Shown one piece after another: positions 48,115 through 60,650 of a stretch of DNA of 64,000 nucleotides (its first letter is position 1; every line of letters starts with the position of its first letter). The position numbers were made by a program, and so were the translations under genes. This DNA is from Malacoraja senta. Lineage: Eukaryota. A model generated the notes under the pieces. That model was not told where the DNA came from. It ran no database searches and saw only the letters and a list, made by a program, of their open reading frames with translations. Where the stretch lies: the NCBI GenBank assembly GCA_038087875.1, contig CM075989.1, positions 24,678,001 to 24,742,000 on the forward strand. The letters run 5' to 3'.

Positions 48115-49475
48115 GTCTATTTCCTTCACTCCATAGATGCTGCCGCACCCGCTGAGTTTCTCCAACACTTTTGTCTCCCTTTGTATAGAGGTCCGTTAAA
48201 ACAGCTCTCTGTTCCAGGGTAAATGCTAAAGTCATCATTGGTTTCCACCGTGATAAATTTCAAAATCACTCAAAAGGAAATGAAAAAAGAGGAATTAATG
48301 TAGGTTGAATGGTAGAACAAAATGAATATTTTTGTAACTCTTCTCGGTTGGTAACTTAATTGATTAATGGATCTTTGCCTCAAGGCAGTGTTCTAGTTTT
48401 CAGAGATCTAGAGATATGGGTCGGCGGCAGTTGCATCGATGGCCCGGGGGGGGGGGGGGGTGAGTGTGTGAGTGAGTGTGTGAGTGAGTGTGTGAGTGAG
48501 TGTGTGTGTGAGTGAGTGTGAGGGCCCAGAGCTGTGGGAGAGTTAGGGCGAGTTGGTGCCGGGCCACCACCTCTGCAAAAATACATGATTACTGTCCTTT
48601 TCTTTACTTGCTTGATAATTATATTTCATGATAATTAGTGAGGGTAACCGTGCAATATTTTGTCATTTTATTAAAATAAGTATTATATGTTTTATTGTAC
48701 TAGCTATGCACTGGGATGTTGTGTTAGGCTATAATCTTGTTTGACCCTCTTGGGAGTGCCTTTAATGGATTAGAAGTCTTGAGACACTTAACAGAAAAAT
48801 TAGGTGTAAAGATGGAAAGACAAGTGACAGCAGATGCTGGATTTATGAATAAAAAACCCAAAATGCTGGAGGGACTCAGTGGGTCTGTGGAGGGAACGGA
48901 CAGATGACATTTTGGGACAAAAAATCATAGAGTCATATAGCACAGAAACCGGCCCTTCGGCCCAACTCGTCTATGCCAGCCAAGATGCCCTATCTAACCT
49001 AACCCGATTCACTCCCAACATTTCCTATCTATGTACCTGTGCAGTGACTTTTAAATGCTGTAGTACTTGCCTCAACTACCTTCTCTGGCAGCTTGTTCCA
49101 TACAACCCCTCCATGCTCTGAGTGAAAACTTTTCTCCTGGGTTCTTATTACATTTTTCCTCTCTCAGCAAAGCTTTGTTCTCTGGTTCTTCATTCCCCTC
49201 TGCTGGGTAAAGGGCTCTGCATCTATCTATTCTCCTCATGATCTATACATCTCAGTAAGATCATCTGTCAGCCTTAGAGTCCTAGCCTGCCCAACCTCAG
49301 CCTACAGCTCAAGCCCACAAGTCCTGGCAACATCCTTGTGAATCTTCTCTGCCAGTGTCGAGAGTCTGCTGTCTTTCCATTCAAGATTAAACCAAACATT
49401 TTAAATCAGATGGGACTCGAAACGAATCATGACCCATTCCTTCTATTCAGAGATGCTGCCTGACCCGCTGAGTTA

Positions 49476-50392
49476 GACAATAGACAATAGGTGCAGGAGT
49501 AGGCCATTCGGCCCTTCGAGCCAGCACTGCCATTCAATGTGATCATGGCTGATCATCCCCAATCAGTACCCCGTTCCTGCCTTCTCCCCATATCCCCTGA
49601 CTGCTACTTTTAAGAGCCCTATCTAGCTCTCTCTTGAAAGCATCCAGAGAACCGGCCTCCACCGCCCTCTGAGGCAGAGAATTCCACAGACTCATAACTC
49701 TTTGTGAGAAAAAGTGTTTCCTTGTCTCCATTCTAAATGGCTTACTCCTTATTCTTAAACTGTGGCCCCTGGTTCTGGACTCCCCCAACATCGGGAATAT
49801 GTTTCCTGCCTCTAGCGGGTCCAAACCCTTAACAATCTTATATGTTTCAATGAGATGCCCTCTCATCTTTCTAAACTCCAGAGTGTACAAGCCCAGCTGC
49901 TCCATTCTCTCAGCATATGACAGTCCTGCCATCACGGGAATTAACCTTGTAAACCTACGCTGCACTCCCTCAATAGCAAGAATGTCCTTCCTCAAATTAG
50001 GGCACACAATACTCCAGGTGTGGTCTCACTAGGGCGCTGTACAACTGCAGAAGGACCTCTTTGCTCCTATATTCGATTACTCTTGTTATAAAGGCCAACA
50101 TCCCATTCGCTTTCTTCACTGCCTGCTGTACCTGCATGCTTACTTTCATAGACTGATGAACAAGGATCCCCAGATCCCGTTGTACTTCCCCTTTTCCCAA
50201 CTTGACGCCATTTAGATAGTAATCTGCCTTCCTGTGTTTGCTACCAAAGTGGAACATTTATCCGCATTAAACTTCATCTGCCATGCATCTGCCCACTCCC
50301 CCAACCTGTCCAAGTCACCCTGCATTCTCATAGCATCCTCCTCACAGTTCACATTGCCACCCAGCTTTGTGTCAACTGCAAATTTGCTAATT
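49476..50392 (-). mobile_element. CR1 3' fragment (~0.9 kb) inserted in a Penelope-like repeat
   Basis: ORFs 49543-50007 and 49997-50257 (VRPHLEYCV, RTRGH, WNSLP); (CTATTGT)n tail; host repeat resumes at GTTACTCCAGC. Confidence 0.9.
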
Positions 50393-51145
50393 TGTTAACA
50401 AATTTGTTACTCCAGCATTTTGTGTCCATCTTCGGTGTAAACCAGCATCTGCAGTTCCTTCCTACACATTTAATTCCTCTTAGGGATTCATGGAAGGTTA
50501 ATAATTAGCCAGTGAATCAACAATAAGAAGAAGGGTCTCGATCCGAAACGTCGCCTATTTCCTTCGCTCCATAGATGCTGCCTCACCCGCTGAGTTTCTC
50601 CTGCATTTTTGTCTACCTTCAATTTTTCCAGCAACTGTAGTTCTTTCTTAAACAATAAGGGAGTCATTTATCTGTTCGTTTTCCACAAGTGTTTCTGGAG
50701 TTTGGCCCCGTGACTGCACCTCAAACACTCCACTGGTTACAAGCCCTTGGGGCAGCCAGAGGTCGTGGAGGATGCTATGTAAATGCACATCTTTCACTTC
50801 AAGAGCTTTTTTATGGTGCTCTTTTAACCAGCAGGGAGTGTAATGGCCCCAGTCAAGTAATCAGATCTGCCCGTGGCTGTACAAAGAGCTGGAGCATGTG
50901 TTTAATAGTCCGTAAATCATTTTTAATACAGGAGAGTGCTGAAATGTTCCGGATGATTCACAAAGAGCATTTCACGCAGTCTAAGCAACACTGACTGAAA
51001 ACACAACGTGCGAGTAAATGGATGTGAGCACAGACAGAGGAGGGTGGATTAAAATAATGGAGGGGGTTGGGTGGGAAGTGGGGGCAAAACGGAGACATCC
51101 TCTGCAACGGCTTCCAAAAATAACTCATGTAATCCTGAAAGGACA

Positions 51146-51567
51146 CACAGAGTTCTGGAGTAACTCAACGGGTCAGGCAGCATCTGTGGAGAACATGGTT
51201 AGGTGATATTTCACAAAGTGCTGGAGTAACTCTGAGGGTCAGGCAACATCTGTGGAGAACATGGATAGGTGACGTTTCACAGAGTGCTGGAGTAACTCAG
51301 TGGGTCAGGCAGCATCTGTGGAGAACATGGTTAGGTGATATTTCACAAAGTGCTGGAGTAACTCAGAGGGTCAGGCAACATCTCTGGAGAAAAATTAATA
51401 GGCAACATTTCTGGGCGGAACCGACTCTGAAGATTGAGTCTGAAGAAGGGTTCCGACCTAAATATCACCTATTCTTTTTCAACAGAGATGCTGCCTGACC
51501 CACTGAATTACTCCAGCACTTTGTGTTTATCTTGGTATAAACCAGCATCTGCAGTTCCTTCCTACAC
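51146..51567. repeat. Four tandem 66-bp Penelope-like units followed by an inverted copy
   Basis: Unit starts at 51146, 51212, 51278 and 51344; inverted copy from ~51438. Confidence 0.85.
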
Positions 51568-51937
51568 GTGTTAACTTGAGTGTTCGGTCATAGACTGACA
51601 AAGAGTGAAAGCGTCCATGTCCACACCAACCACCCTGCACCCATTTATGCAAACCCAATACTATTCCCACTTTATTCTCCCAACTTTCCCCCCCAACCTC
51701 GTCAGGATTCTAGCACTCACTTACATATGAGGGGCAAGTTATAGTGGCCAATTAATCTATCACGCTGCATGTCTTTGTGATCTGAGTGGAACCTGTAGTC
51801 TGATGAAGGGTTGCCTTTCCAAGTTCTCCTGAGATGCTGCCTGATCCACTGAGTTATTCCAGTACTTTGTACCCGGAGGCATCTGTGATACAGTCACAGC
51901 AAGGTCTTGCTAGTTGCACACATACTGTGCCACCAAG

Positions 51938-53985
51938 CAGGGCTCGAAATTAGCGGTTGCCCGGGTGCCATTGACTACTCAAAGCGCCGCCGGGCAACCT
52001 AAACACCGAGTCATTTTGCCTGGCTTGGCAACCAGATACTGGTTTGTACTGAAGATAGACACAAAAACCTGGAGTAACTCCGTGTGTCAGGCAGCATCTC
52101 TGGAGAAAAGGAACGTGACGTTTTGTGTCGGCGGTGACGGCTGTATTGCGGGGCAAAGATACTAGGTGCGGGGTGAGGAAGGGTCGGAGCAAATGACGGA
52201 CCCCGAACAGCGGCAGCAGTGGCCACGACAGCGGCTCCATATCCTCCTCCTCCCGCCCCCCGCCCACCCTGATAAGGGCCTCTGCTTGCAAACCCGCTAA
52301 CGGCGATAACCGCTTTCGAAACAAACCCTCCCTCCCGCACGCCGAGGGAGGGAGGGAGAGGGAGGCCTCGGCAGGAGCGAGGGTTTTGAAAGCGGGAGGC
52401 GGTGGCGCGGAGTTCCCAACGGCCAAGGCAGCGGGGCGATCTTGTCCGAGGAGCGCTGACCTTCCTTCCTCCCCACCTTGCCCCCCCCCCTCTCTCTCTT
52501 GTACGCCCCCCCCTTATCCTGGGACTCCCCCACTCCATCCCGCACTGATCCCCATTCCCGCGTCTATTCAGTCCTCACTGACATCCCCAGTGCTCCCCTC
52601 CCCATCTACCCCCCCCATCTATTCATCCTGCGCTGATCACCCTATCCACCTTGCATTGATTCTCCTGCCACCCCCCCCCCCCCCCCGCCCCCCATCCATT
52701 GTACACTGGTTCCCCAATTCACCCTGTACTTACCCCTTTCCCATCCATCCTGCACTTCTCCTCCATCCATCCTGTACTAATCCACGCATTCATCCCGTAC
52801 TGACCCACCCTCCATTTACCCTGCACTTTCCCCCCTACCCCTCATTCATCCTGTAGTGATCTCCATTCATCCTGCACAGACCCTCCGATCCACACTGTAC
52901 TGACCCCCCCCCCAATCATCCTGCGCTGATCTCCCCCCCCCCCATTCATCCTGTACTGATCCTCCCATTCAAGAAGAATGGGGGAAACAGTCTGAAGAAG
53001 GGTCTCGACCCGAAACGTTGCCTATTTCCTTCGCTCCATAGATGCTGCCTCACCCGCTGAGTTTCTCCAGCACTTTTGTCTACCCCCATCCATCCCGTAC
53101 TGACCCCCCCATTCAACACCACTGACATCCCCCGTGCCCTCCCCTCACAATTTTACCTACTCCAACCAACACTTACTAATTCACCTTCCTCAATCCATCC
53201 ATTCTGCACCGACTGCCTTCTAACCCCCCCCCCCCCACCCCACCCCCGCCATCTATCCACCCCGCACTGATTCACACACACACACCCCTCCCTGACCCTA
53301 TTGTGCTGGAAATGTCTTCAGAGCGAACATTGACTATGCTTGATAACGGAATGCAATCAAATGTGTTTTAATTCCCAATGTTATTATTTGTTTTAATCCA
53401 TAAAGATGGATTAATTAAATTGTGAACACGTGAAACATTAAAACCGCAGTGTTCGATTGTCACTGCTGCCGTTGACACATTATTACAGAATTCATTTTAA
53501 CGGCAAATCAATGCTCTTAATATGGAGTATCAGTACTGTAGCTATTTAATGAACAACATTCACAACTATACGTACGCATATATGTTACCATGGTCCAGGA
53601 TTTATTGACACAGGTTGATCATACGCTGAATAATCCAACCACATTTTTGTTTGGAAGTGGAAAGAACTAATAGAAATTGCATTCATTGCAATGTGTAAAA
53701 AGAGTTGAGATACTGTCTTATAATTTTGCCGCATGTCATTGTGGGATATATCATGTCTTGATTGGTGAATATGTTTAGTTTGTGACTTTATTTAAAGCAG
53801 AAATAATATGTGAATGCTTCATTGAGTATAATTCCGACTGGTAATTACGCACTTCGTCCGAGCACATTATCGCACGCGTCATGCAAGCCATCTTAAATGA
53901 CCACCTAAACTGTAATTTGGCAACCTAAAAAGCTGCCAAGGTTGCCCGGCTGGCAACAGAGAAAAAAAGTTAAGCGAGAGCCCTG
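51938..53985. mobile_element. Non-autonomous hAT-like DNA transposon, ~2 kb, 5-bp TSD
   Basis: TIR CAGGGCTC/GAGCCCTG; CCAAG at 51933-51937 and 53986-53990; subterminal GGCAAC/GTTGCC repeats at both ends. Confidence 0.8.
52992..53019 (+). ncRNA. Minimal hammerhead ribozyme core inside the hAT-like element
   Basis: CUGAAGA-A-GGGUC(UC)GACCC-GAAA-CGUU. Confidence 0.6.
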
Positions 53986-55741
53986 CCAAGCTGCCCTGGG
54001 TAGAGGGACCAGTAGAGAGAGCGTTCCCTGCAGCCACGGATTTGAAGCAGTCACTCCTGTAAATCCCTTTGATGGTGGGGGGGGGGGGGGGGGTCAGAAC
54101 CTGTGATGGACTGGGCAGTGTTCACCACTTCTTGCTGGTTTCTTGAGCTCCTGGGCTTTCGAGTTGCTGATCCAGGCCGTTATGCTCTCCTCCTGTACAC
54201 CGATGTAAACTCGTGACGTAGCGCTGTGGATCCATTGAATGGAACATTTATCAGAGATAACTCACACCAGCAGAGGCTTTAGTCCTTGTGTCCGTGCTGG
54301 TTGAAAAATATAGACACAAAATGCTAGAGTAACTCAGCGGGTCAGGCAACATCTCTGGAGAAAATAAATAGATGATGTTTCGGGCTGAGTTACTCCAGTA
54401 TTTTGTGTCCATCTTCAGTGTAAACCAGCATCTGCAGTTCCTTCCTACACACTGGTTGAAAAAGAACCAGCCTAGTAATTCCCACCTCCCTCTGCACTGT
54501 CCATCATATTTGGTCGTGGCTCTACAAATCACATCCAACGCCTTTGGAGTGTGGAGGAAACCAGTGCACCCAAAGAGAACCCACGCGGTCACAGGGAGAA
54601 CGTGCAAACTCTGTAGAGACAACATCCATAGTCAGGATCAAACCAGGGTCTCTGGACTGGAAGGCAGCAGCAATACTCACTGTGTGGCTGTGCTGCCCAT
54701 TCTTCATTGATTAGTACAGGCGTCAGGGGCTATGGGGAGAAGACAGGAGTATGGGGTTGAGAGGGAAAGATAGATCAGCCATGGTTGAATGGCGGAGTAG
54801 ACTTGATGAGCCGAATTGTCTAATTCTGCTCCGATATCTTATAAGCTTATGAACACCTGTGGTCAGGATGGAACCCGCGTCTCAGGCACTGAGGCAGCAG
54901 CTCTACCCGCTGCACCACCCTGCTGCCGTTTTCATCAGTGTTTTGACTTTGTTCTCAGACTGTCATTGTGCAGAAGTTGAAAGTTGATGGGGAATAGACC
55001 CCAGGGCCATGGATTAGGTGCGAGCGCCATCAGGTCAGGCCACCTGTTCTTGAAAGGCGGCAGAAATATGGGAGATGCTGCCTGTCCCGCTGAGTTACTC
55101 CAGCATTTTGTGTCGATCTTTAGTTTAAACCAGCATCTGCAGTTCCTTCCTACAGAAATATTACTGTCCTTTGTTCTCTGAACATTGCTTCAAAGATCTG
55201 CTCGATGCCATCCTAGAGCAATCAAAATGTTTGCTGCAGCTTCTACTGAGTGCTTCATCTCAGAGAAATATGTGGAAATCACTTGGGAAATGTAGAGGTC
55301 AACTCCTGACTTCACATGACAGGATAACAACCAACTGCATTTATATCTGCATGTCATGTTGTTAACCTTGTAACAGTCACTACACAGGAGAGCTTCACAC
55401 ATTAGTCGTTCTCACAACGTGATACTGGGTCATAGTAACAAGGAAGATATTGGGGAGTGTAGGAGGGGAGAGGGAGGGGGAAGGTGTGGGGGAGGGAAGA
55501 GGGAGTGAGGAGGAGAGGGAGGGAGTGAGGGAGGGGTGGTCTAGAGCTTCATGGAGGTGTATAGAAAGCATGCCAGATACAGCATGAGTGGAGACACTGC
55601 ATGACCCAAGGACTCTACATTCCCCAGCTTGCTTTCCCATTAGATGTGACCATTTGCATCCTTGGTGTCTCCTCCACCTCACCTCCTGCTGATGACAATC
55701 TCCACCCTTTCCTCCTCTGCCCATCCAACCTACATCCATCA

Positions 55742-56093
55742 GGACGACAGATGGCGCAATGGGCTAAGTGTTCGGCTGGCAACCGGAAGGTAGCCGGTTC
55801 GAATCCCGCTTGGAGTGCATACTGTCGTTGTGTCCTTGGGCAAGACACTTCACCCACCTTTGCCTGTGTGTGAATGTGTGTGAATGTGTATAAGTGATTG
55901 GTGGTGGTCGGAGGGGCCGTAGGCGCAGATTAGCAGCCACGCTTCCGTCAGTCTGCCCCAGGGCAGCTGTGGCTACAGAAGTAGCTCACCACCACCGAGT
56001 GTGACTGAGGAGTGAATGAATAATGCGATGTAAAGCGCCTTGGGTATTAGAAAGGCGCTATATAAATCCAATCCATTATTATTATTCATTATT
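55742..56093 (+). mobile_element. tRNA-derived CORE-SINE (AFC-like) with L2-type tail
   Basis: A box TGGCGCAATGG (55752-55762), B box GGTTCGAATCC (55796-55806), CORE motif GTGTCCTTGGGCAAGACACTT, tail AAAGGCGCTATATAAATCCAATCC(ATT)n; possible TSD ATCCATCA/ATCTATCA. Confidence 0.85.
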
Positions 56094-56366
56094 ATCTATC
56101 AATGACCAGTTTTTGTGTGACTTTTCTCCCCTCTCCCCTCTCCACCAACTATCATCCCTCTACTTTAACAGTCCAAGGAGAGTCCCAACCTCAAGCATCA
56201 TCTGTCCATTTCCTGCCACAGATGCTGCCTAACTCGCTGACTTGTTCCAGCAGTTTGCTTAATATTGGCTGAAAGGACATGCACAGCAGAGAGCAAAAGA
56301 AAATGGGTAGAAACGTACAGTATTGCCCAAACCTAACTACTCCCGTGAGACACATTGGAGCCACTG

Positions 56367-56650
56367 GTCGGCACGGTGCCGCAGTGGTAGAGCTGCTGCC
56401 TCACAGCGCCAGAGACCTGGGTTCGATCCTGACTACGGGTGGTGTCTGTACAGAGTTTGTACGTTCTCCCAGTGATCACGTGGGTTTTCCCCGGTTGCTC
56501 CGGTTTCCTCCCACAATCCAAAGATGTGCAGGTTTGTACGTTAATTGGCCAAGGCCCGATTGTGTAGGTCAATGATAGTGCACGGGGTGAATGCTGGTCG
56601 GCATCAACTCGTTGGGATGAAGGGCCTGTTTCCATCCTCTATCTATAAAG
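56367..56650 (+). mobile_element. V-SINE
   Basis: tRNA-like head, V-domain and tail. Confidence 0.85.
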
Positions 56651-57084
56651 GCTAATGTCCAAACTTAGCTGGTCAGGCTGCATCCCTGGAGAACATGGAT
56701 AGACTCATAGAGTGATACAGTGTGGAAACAGGCCCTTCGACCCAACTTGCCCACACCGTCCCATCTACACTAGTCCCACCTGCCTGTGTTTGGTCCATAT
56801 CCCTCCAAACCTGTCCTATCCATGTACCTGTCTAACTGTTTCTTAAACGTTGGGATAGTCCCTGCCTCAACTACCCCCTCTGGCCGCTTGATATGTGAGA
56901 CAGAAGATGCTGCCCGACCCGCTGAGGTACCATGGCACATCGTGTCATGTTGTGTATCAACCAGTATCTGTACGTCCTTGTTTCCACTAATTACTCTGTG
57001 TATTGCTGGCATATAACTGAAGGACAGCAGTTTTACTGTGGCTCCAAATCAGAATGAAAAGTCGGACTCAAGAACGACAGCAAC

Positions 57085-57470
57085 AATCTAGAAGGACATT
57101 CCAGTTGCTGACTCAGGAGCATTACATATTGAAAGGACTATGTCTCAGAGAAGACATTAAACTGACACTCTCTTGACCTACTCACATGAATATAAAAATC
57201 AGTCCTCCAGAGATAATGCCTGACCCGCTGAGTTACTCCAGCACTCTGTGTTCTACATCTAGATGTAAAACCCTCATGGTATTTTCAAGGCAAGGCAGCC
57301 AAATATTTATCCCTCTAACAGCACAACTAAAAGAGATTATCCGGCCCTTTGCTCTTGTTTACCCTATGCACAAAGGTGTTTACTGTGGAACCTACACTGT
57401 AACAATAACTACTTCACAAGTACTTGAAACCTTTAAATCCCCTGGGAACTTCCTGGGTTTATGACGGGCA
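57085..57470 (+). mobile_element. Ancient DeuSINE-like relic, interrupted by a Penelope-like fragment
   Basis: GCCAAATATTTATCCCTCTAACAGCACAACTAAAAGAGATTATCCGG resembles the Deu domain as I recall it. Confidence 0.5.
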
Positions 57471-60149
57471 TCTTAGCCAGAGCATCTCTGCTGAGTCCTT
57501 TATCATCGTTACTTTTTTGCATATCTTTCATTCAATGTTCTTTATCTCTCCACATCCTCGTCTATATTTCTCGTTTCCCTTATCCATAACCAGTCTGAAG
57601 AAGGGTCTCAACCTAAAACGTCACCCATTCCTTCTCTCCAGAGATGCTGCCTGTCCCGCTGAGTTACTCCAGCATTTTGTGTGTGAGTCACTGTGCCTTG
57701 CAGCTTTGTATTCAGATGATAGGGTTAGAAAACCTGTAGCAAATATTTAAAGAAATAATTCTCAACAAAGATATGTTTTTTTTGAAGGATGATGCCCATG
57801 GCTAACTGGAGAATGCATTATAAGTGTTGCACATTCTTGCTTTCCACAGCGCTGGCTGTCACAATTGAGCAATTTGCTTGCGAGATGGGTTTGCAAACCA
57901 TTGATGGATTCTGATGGGATTTACTCCAACGCATTGTGTTTGGCAGAGATTAGATAAGCAATTTCACCAATAGCTTCAGGAAGCCAATGCCCTTTAAGAA
58001 GCATTTTTAAACACCATTGCACAGTTTAAATAAGCTAGCTGCTCTAACCAGTCATTACATTCTTGAAATAAAAAATATGAATTTTACCTTTTGTTATTTT
58101 TTTTTGTGGTTTTTAATATAATTTTGGTCTTATTTTTTTATGTTGCTGCAGCTTTAAAGCATCATGGCCTTGCCTCAGATCATGAAACAAAGTTGTGATG
58201 TGCCTGTGCTATTTAACTCAAACTGTTCCTAACCTCCCCGTTCCCCTTAGTCCACAAGATGCCCACTGATCATCACATTTGATTTCAGATTCTTTGAAGA
58301 AAAAACATCTTAAATCTGTACCTGAAGGAATTATTTTTGTTTGAAAACCTAACTGATTATTAAATAATGATAATGCTTTGAAGCCAAGCAAAATGCCTCA
58401 CAGGTTCATTCAAGAGCTATATTCAATCCTGATCTCCGGTGCTGTCTGTGTGGAGTTGACACCCTTTTGTGTTTCCAGGGTTAGACACAGAGTTGTGGAG
58501 TAACTCAGCGGGTCAGGAGTAACTCAGCGGGTCACATGCTGGAGTAACTCAGCGGGTCACGTGCTGGAGTAACTCAGCGGGTCAGGCAGCATCTGTGGAG
58601 AACACGGATAGGTGACGTTTCACAGAGTGCTGGAGTAACTCAGCGGGTCAGGCGGCATCTGTGGAGATAGAGGATGGGTAATGTTTAGGGTCAGGATCCT
58701 TCTTCGGAAATGGCAGAGATGTCGAGGGAGGAAATTCCGTAGCGGAGTACAACACAGACAAAACTGTGGCCTTGACAGTGGGCGAAGGGCACGAGGGATG
58801 TACAGCTGAGCAGAAGGGCAGGCATGCAGAAATCTGAGACTGCATCAGGCTGCAGAGACAGAGATAAATACTCTGCAATTTCTTTCAATTTACAACAACA
58901 TCTGCTAATAAGAATGCATACAAATCATTCCAGGAGTCTGCATTTCATGATTCAATGTGGTTTCTGGTGTTTGATCTGGATCATACCAGCTCCAACTGTG
59001 CTGCCGTTGCTAACTCTTTGATAACTGCTTGTGGAGGATACACCTTTCTGTCAAGAATTACATTTCCCTTTGATTATCATTCACTTCCTGACAGTCTGCT
59101 CTTTTACAGCTGCTTGCCAATTAGATTAGTGACTAACAGATTCCAGCCTGAATCTGGCTGCTCTTAATAGTGGCAACTTGCCACAGAGCATTGCTGGGCG
59201 CTTTATTCCTGTTTTAGCAAATAAATATCTTGGATCAAAAAAAGCCACATAGATTATACTTAATCTGTGTCCTGAAAAGCGCTATATAAATAAAATGTAT
59301 TATTATTATTATATTTAACATTGCCCTCCAGAGATATTCTCTTCAACATTAATCTGCCATTCAGATCCCGGTCCTATGAGTTGGGGAGTCATTCATTTTT
59401 TAACATGCAGAGTTTGGATAAAATATCGGCTGACTGGCGTTTATTTTATTTTAGTTTAGTTTTGAGATGCAGTGTGGAAACCGGCCCTTCAGCCCACCGG
59501 GTCCGCGGTTCCCCCACATTAACACTTACACACCAGGGACAATTTACAATTTTACTTAAGCCAATTAACCTACAAATCTGCACGTCTTTGGAGTGTGGGA
59601 GGAAACCGGAGCACCCAGAGAAAACCCACACGTCAGAAGGGTTTCAACCCGAAACATCATCTTTTGCTTTTCTCCAGAGACGCTGCCTGACGCACTGAGT
59701 TACTCCAGTATTTTGTGTCTATTGTCTGGCCAAATTAGATGCCAGGAAAGCTAGGTACACAATAAATGATTGTGATATTAACTGGTACTAATGTTTCCAG
59801 ATATGCAGAATTGTTCAATGATCCATCAACATGATTTTCAATTTGAATTTTTTTTTTTTTTCACGCGTTAGACTGAATCTCCAGGCAAGTGTTAGAGCAA
59901 TGTAATAATGGATCATCTGTAGGTAAGTAGTTCCTGATTTAATACAGGCTTTGGCTAGATCTTAATGTTTATCAACTGGGGACCACCTGTGATTACAGAC
60001 CATTAAAGTATTGAAAACTGCAGAGCTCAGGTTGATTAAATGCGTCGAGCAATCATCTAAGGATGTTGCTACACTTCAGGCTTTTCCTAATACAATTTGC
60101 TCAAGCCATCTGACCAGCTAGTTTCCTTAATGTAACATATTTCCAATGC

Positions 60150-60650
60150 TAGACACAAACAGCTGGAGTAACTCAGCGGGTCAGGCAGCATCTCTGGAGA
60201 AAAAGAATAGGTGACTTTTCGGGTCGAGACTCTTCTTCAGACTGAGAGTCAGGGGAAAGGGAAATGAGAGATATAGTCGGTGATGTAGAGAGATATAAAA
60301 CAAATGAATGAAAGATATGCAAAAAAGTAATGACGAAAAAGGAAACAGGCCACTGTTAGCTGTGGGCTAGGTGAAAACGAGTCACAGACAATGAGACTCA
60401 ACAAGACGACTTTGAAGCTGGTACAACTAGGGTGGGGGAGGGGCGGAGGGAGGGGGTGTGCAGGGGTTACTTGAAGTTAGAGAAATCAATATTCATACCA
60501 CTGGGCTGTAAGCTGCCCAAGCAAAGTATGAGATGCTGTTCCTCGGATTTGCGCTTGGCCTCACTCTGACAATGGAGGAGAACTAGGACAGAAAGGTCAG
60601 TGTGGGAATGGGTAGGGGAATTAAAGTTTGGCAACCGGGAGATCAGGCAG
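60150..60650 (-). mobile_element. Penelope-like retrotransposon 3' fragment: GIY-YIG endonuclease C-terminus, 3'UTR and hammerhead-bearing terminal repeat
   Basis: ORF 60467-60673 FNSPTHSHTDLSVLVLLHCQSEAKRKSEEQHLILCLGSLQPSGMNIDFSNFK, then CTGAAGAAGAGTCTCGACCCGAAAAGTC at ~60213-60240. Confidence 0.85.

Noticed and set aside
51950..52856. Overlapping 150-175 aa ORFs
   Set aside because: GC-rich, stop-poor interior of a non-autonomous transposon; no transposase motifs
55742..55812. Possible tRNA gene
   Set aside because: It is the head of a CORE-SINE: no good acceptor stem or T-run terminator, and it continues into CORE sequence. The same applies to the V-SINE heads
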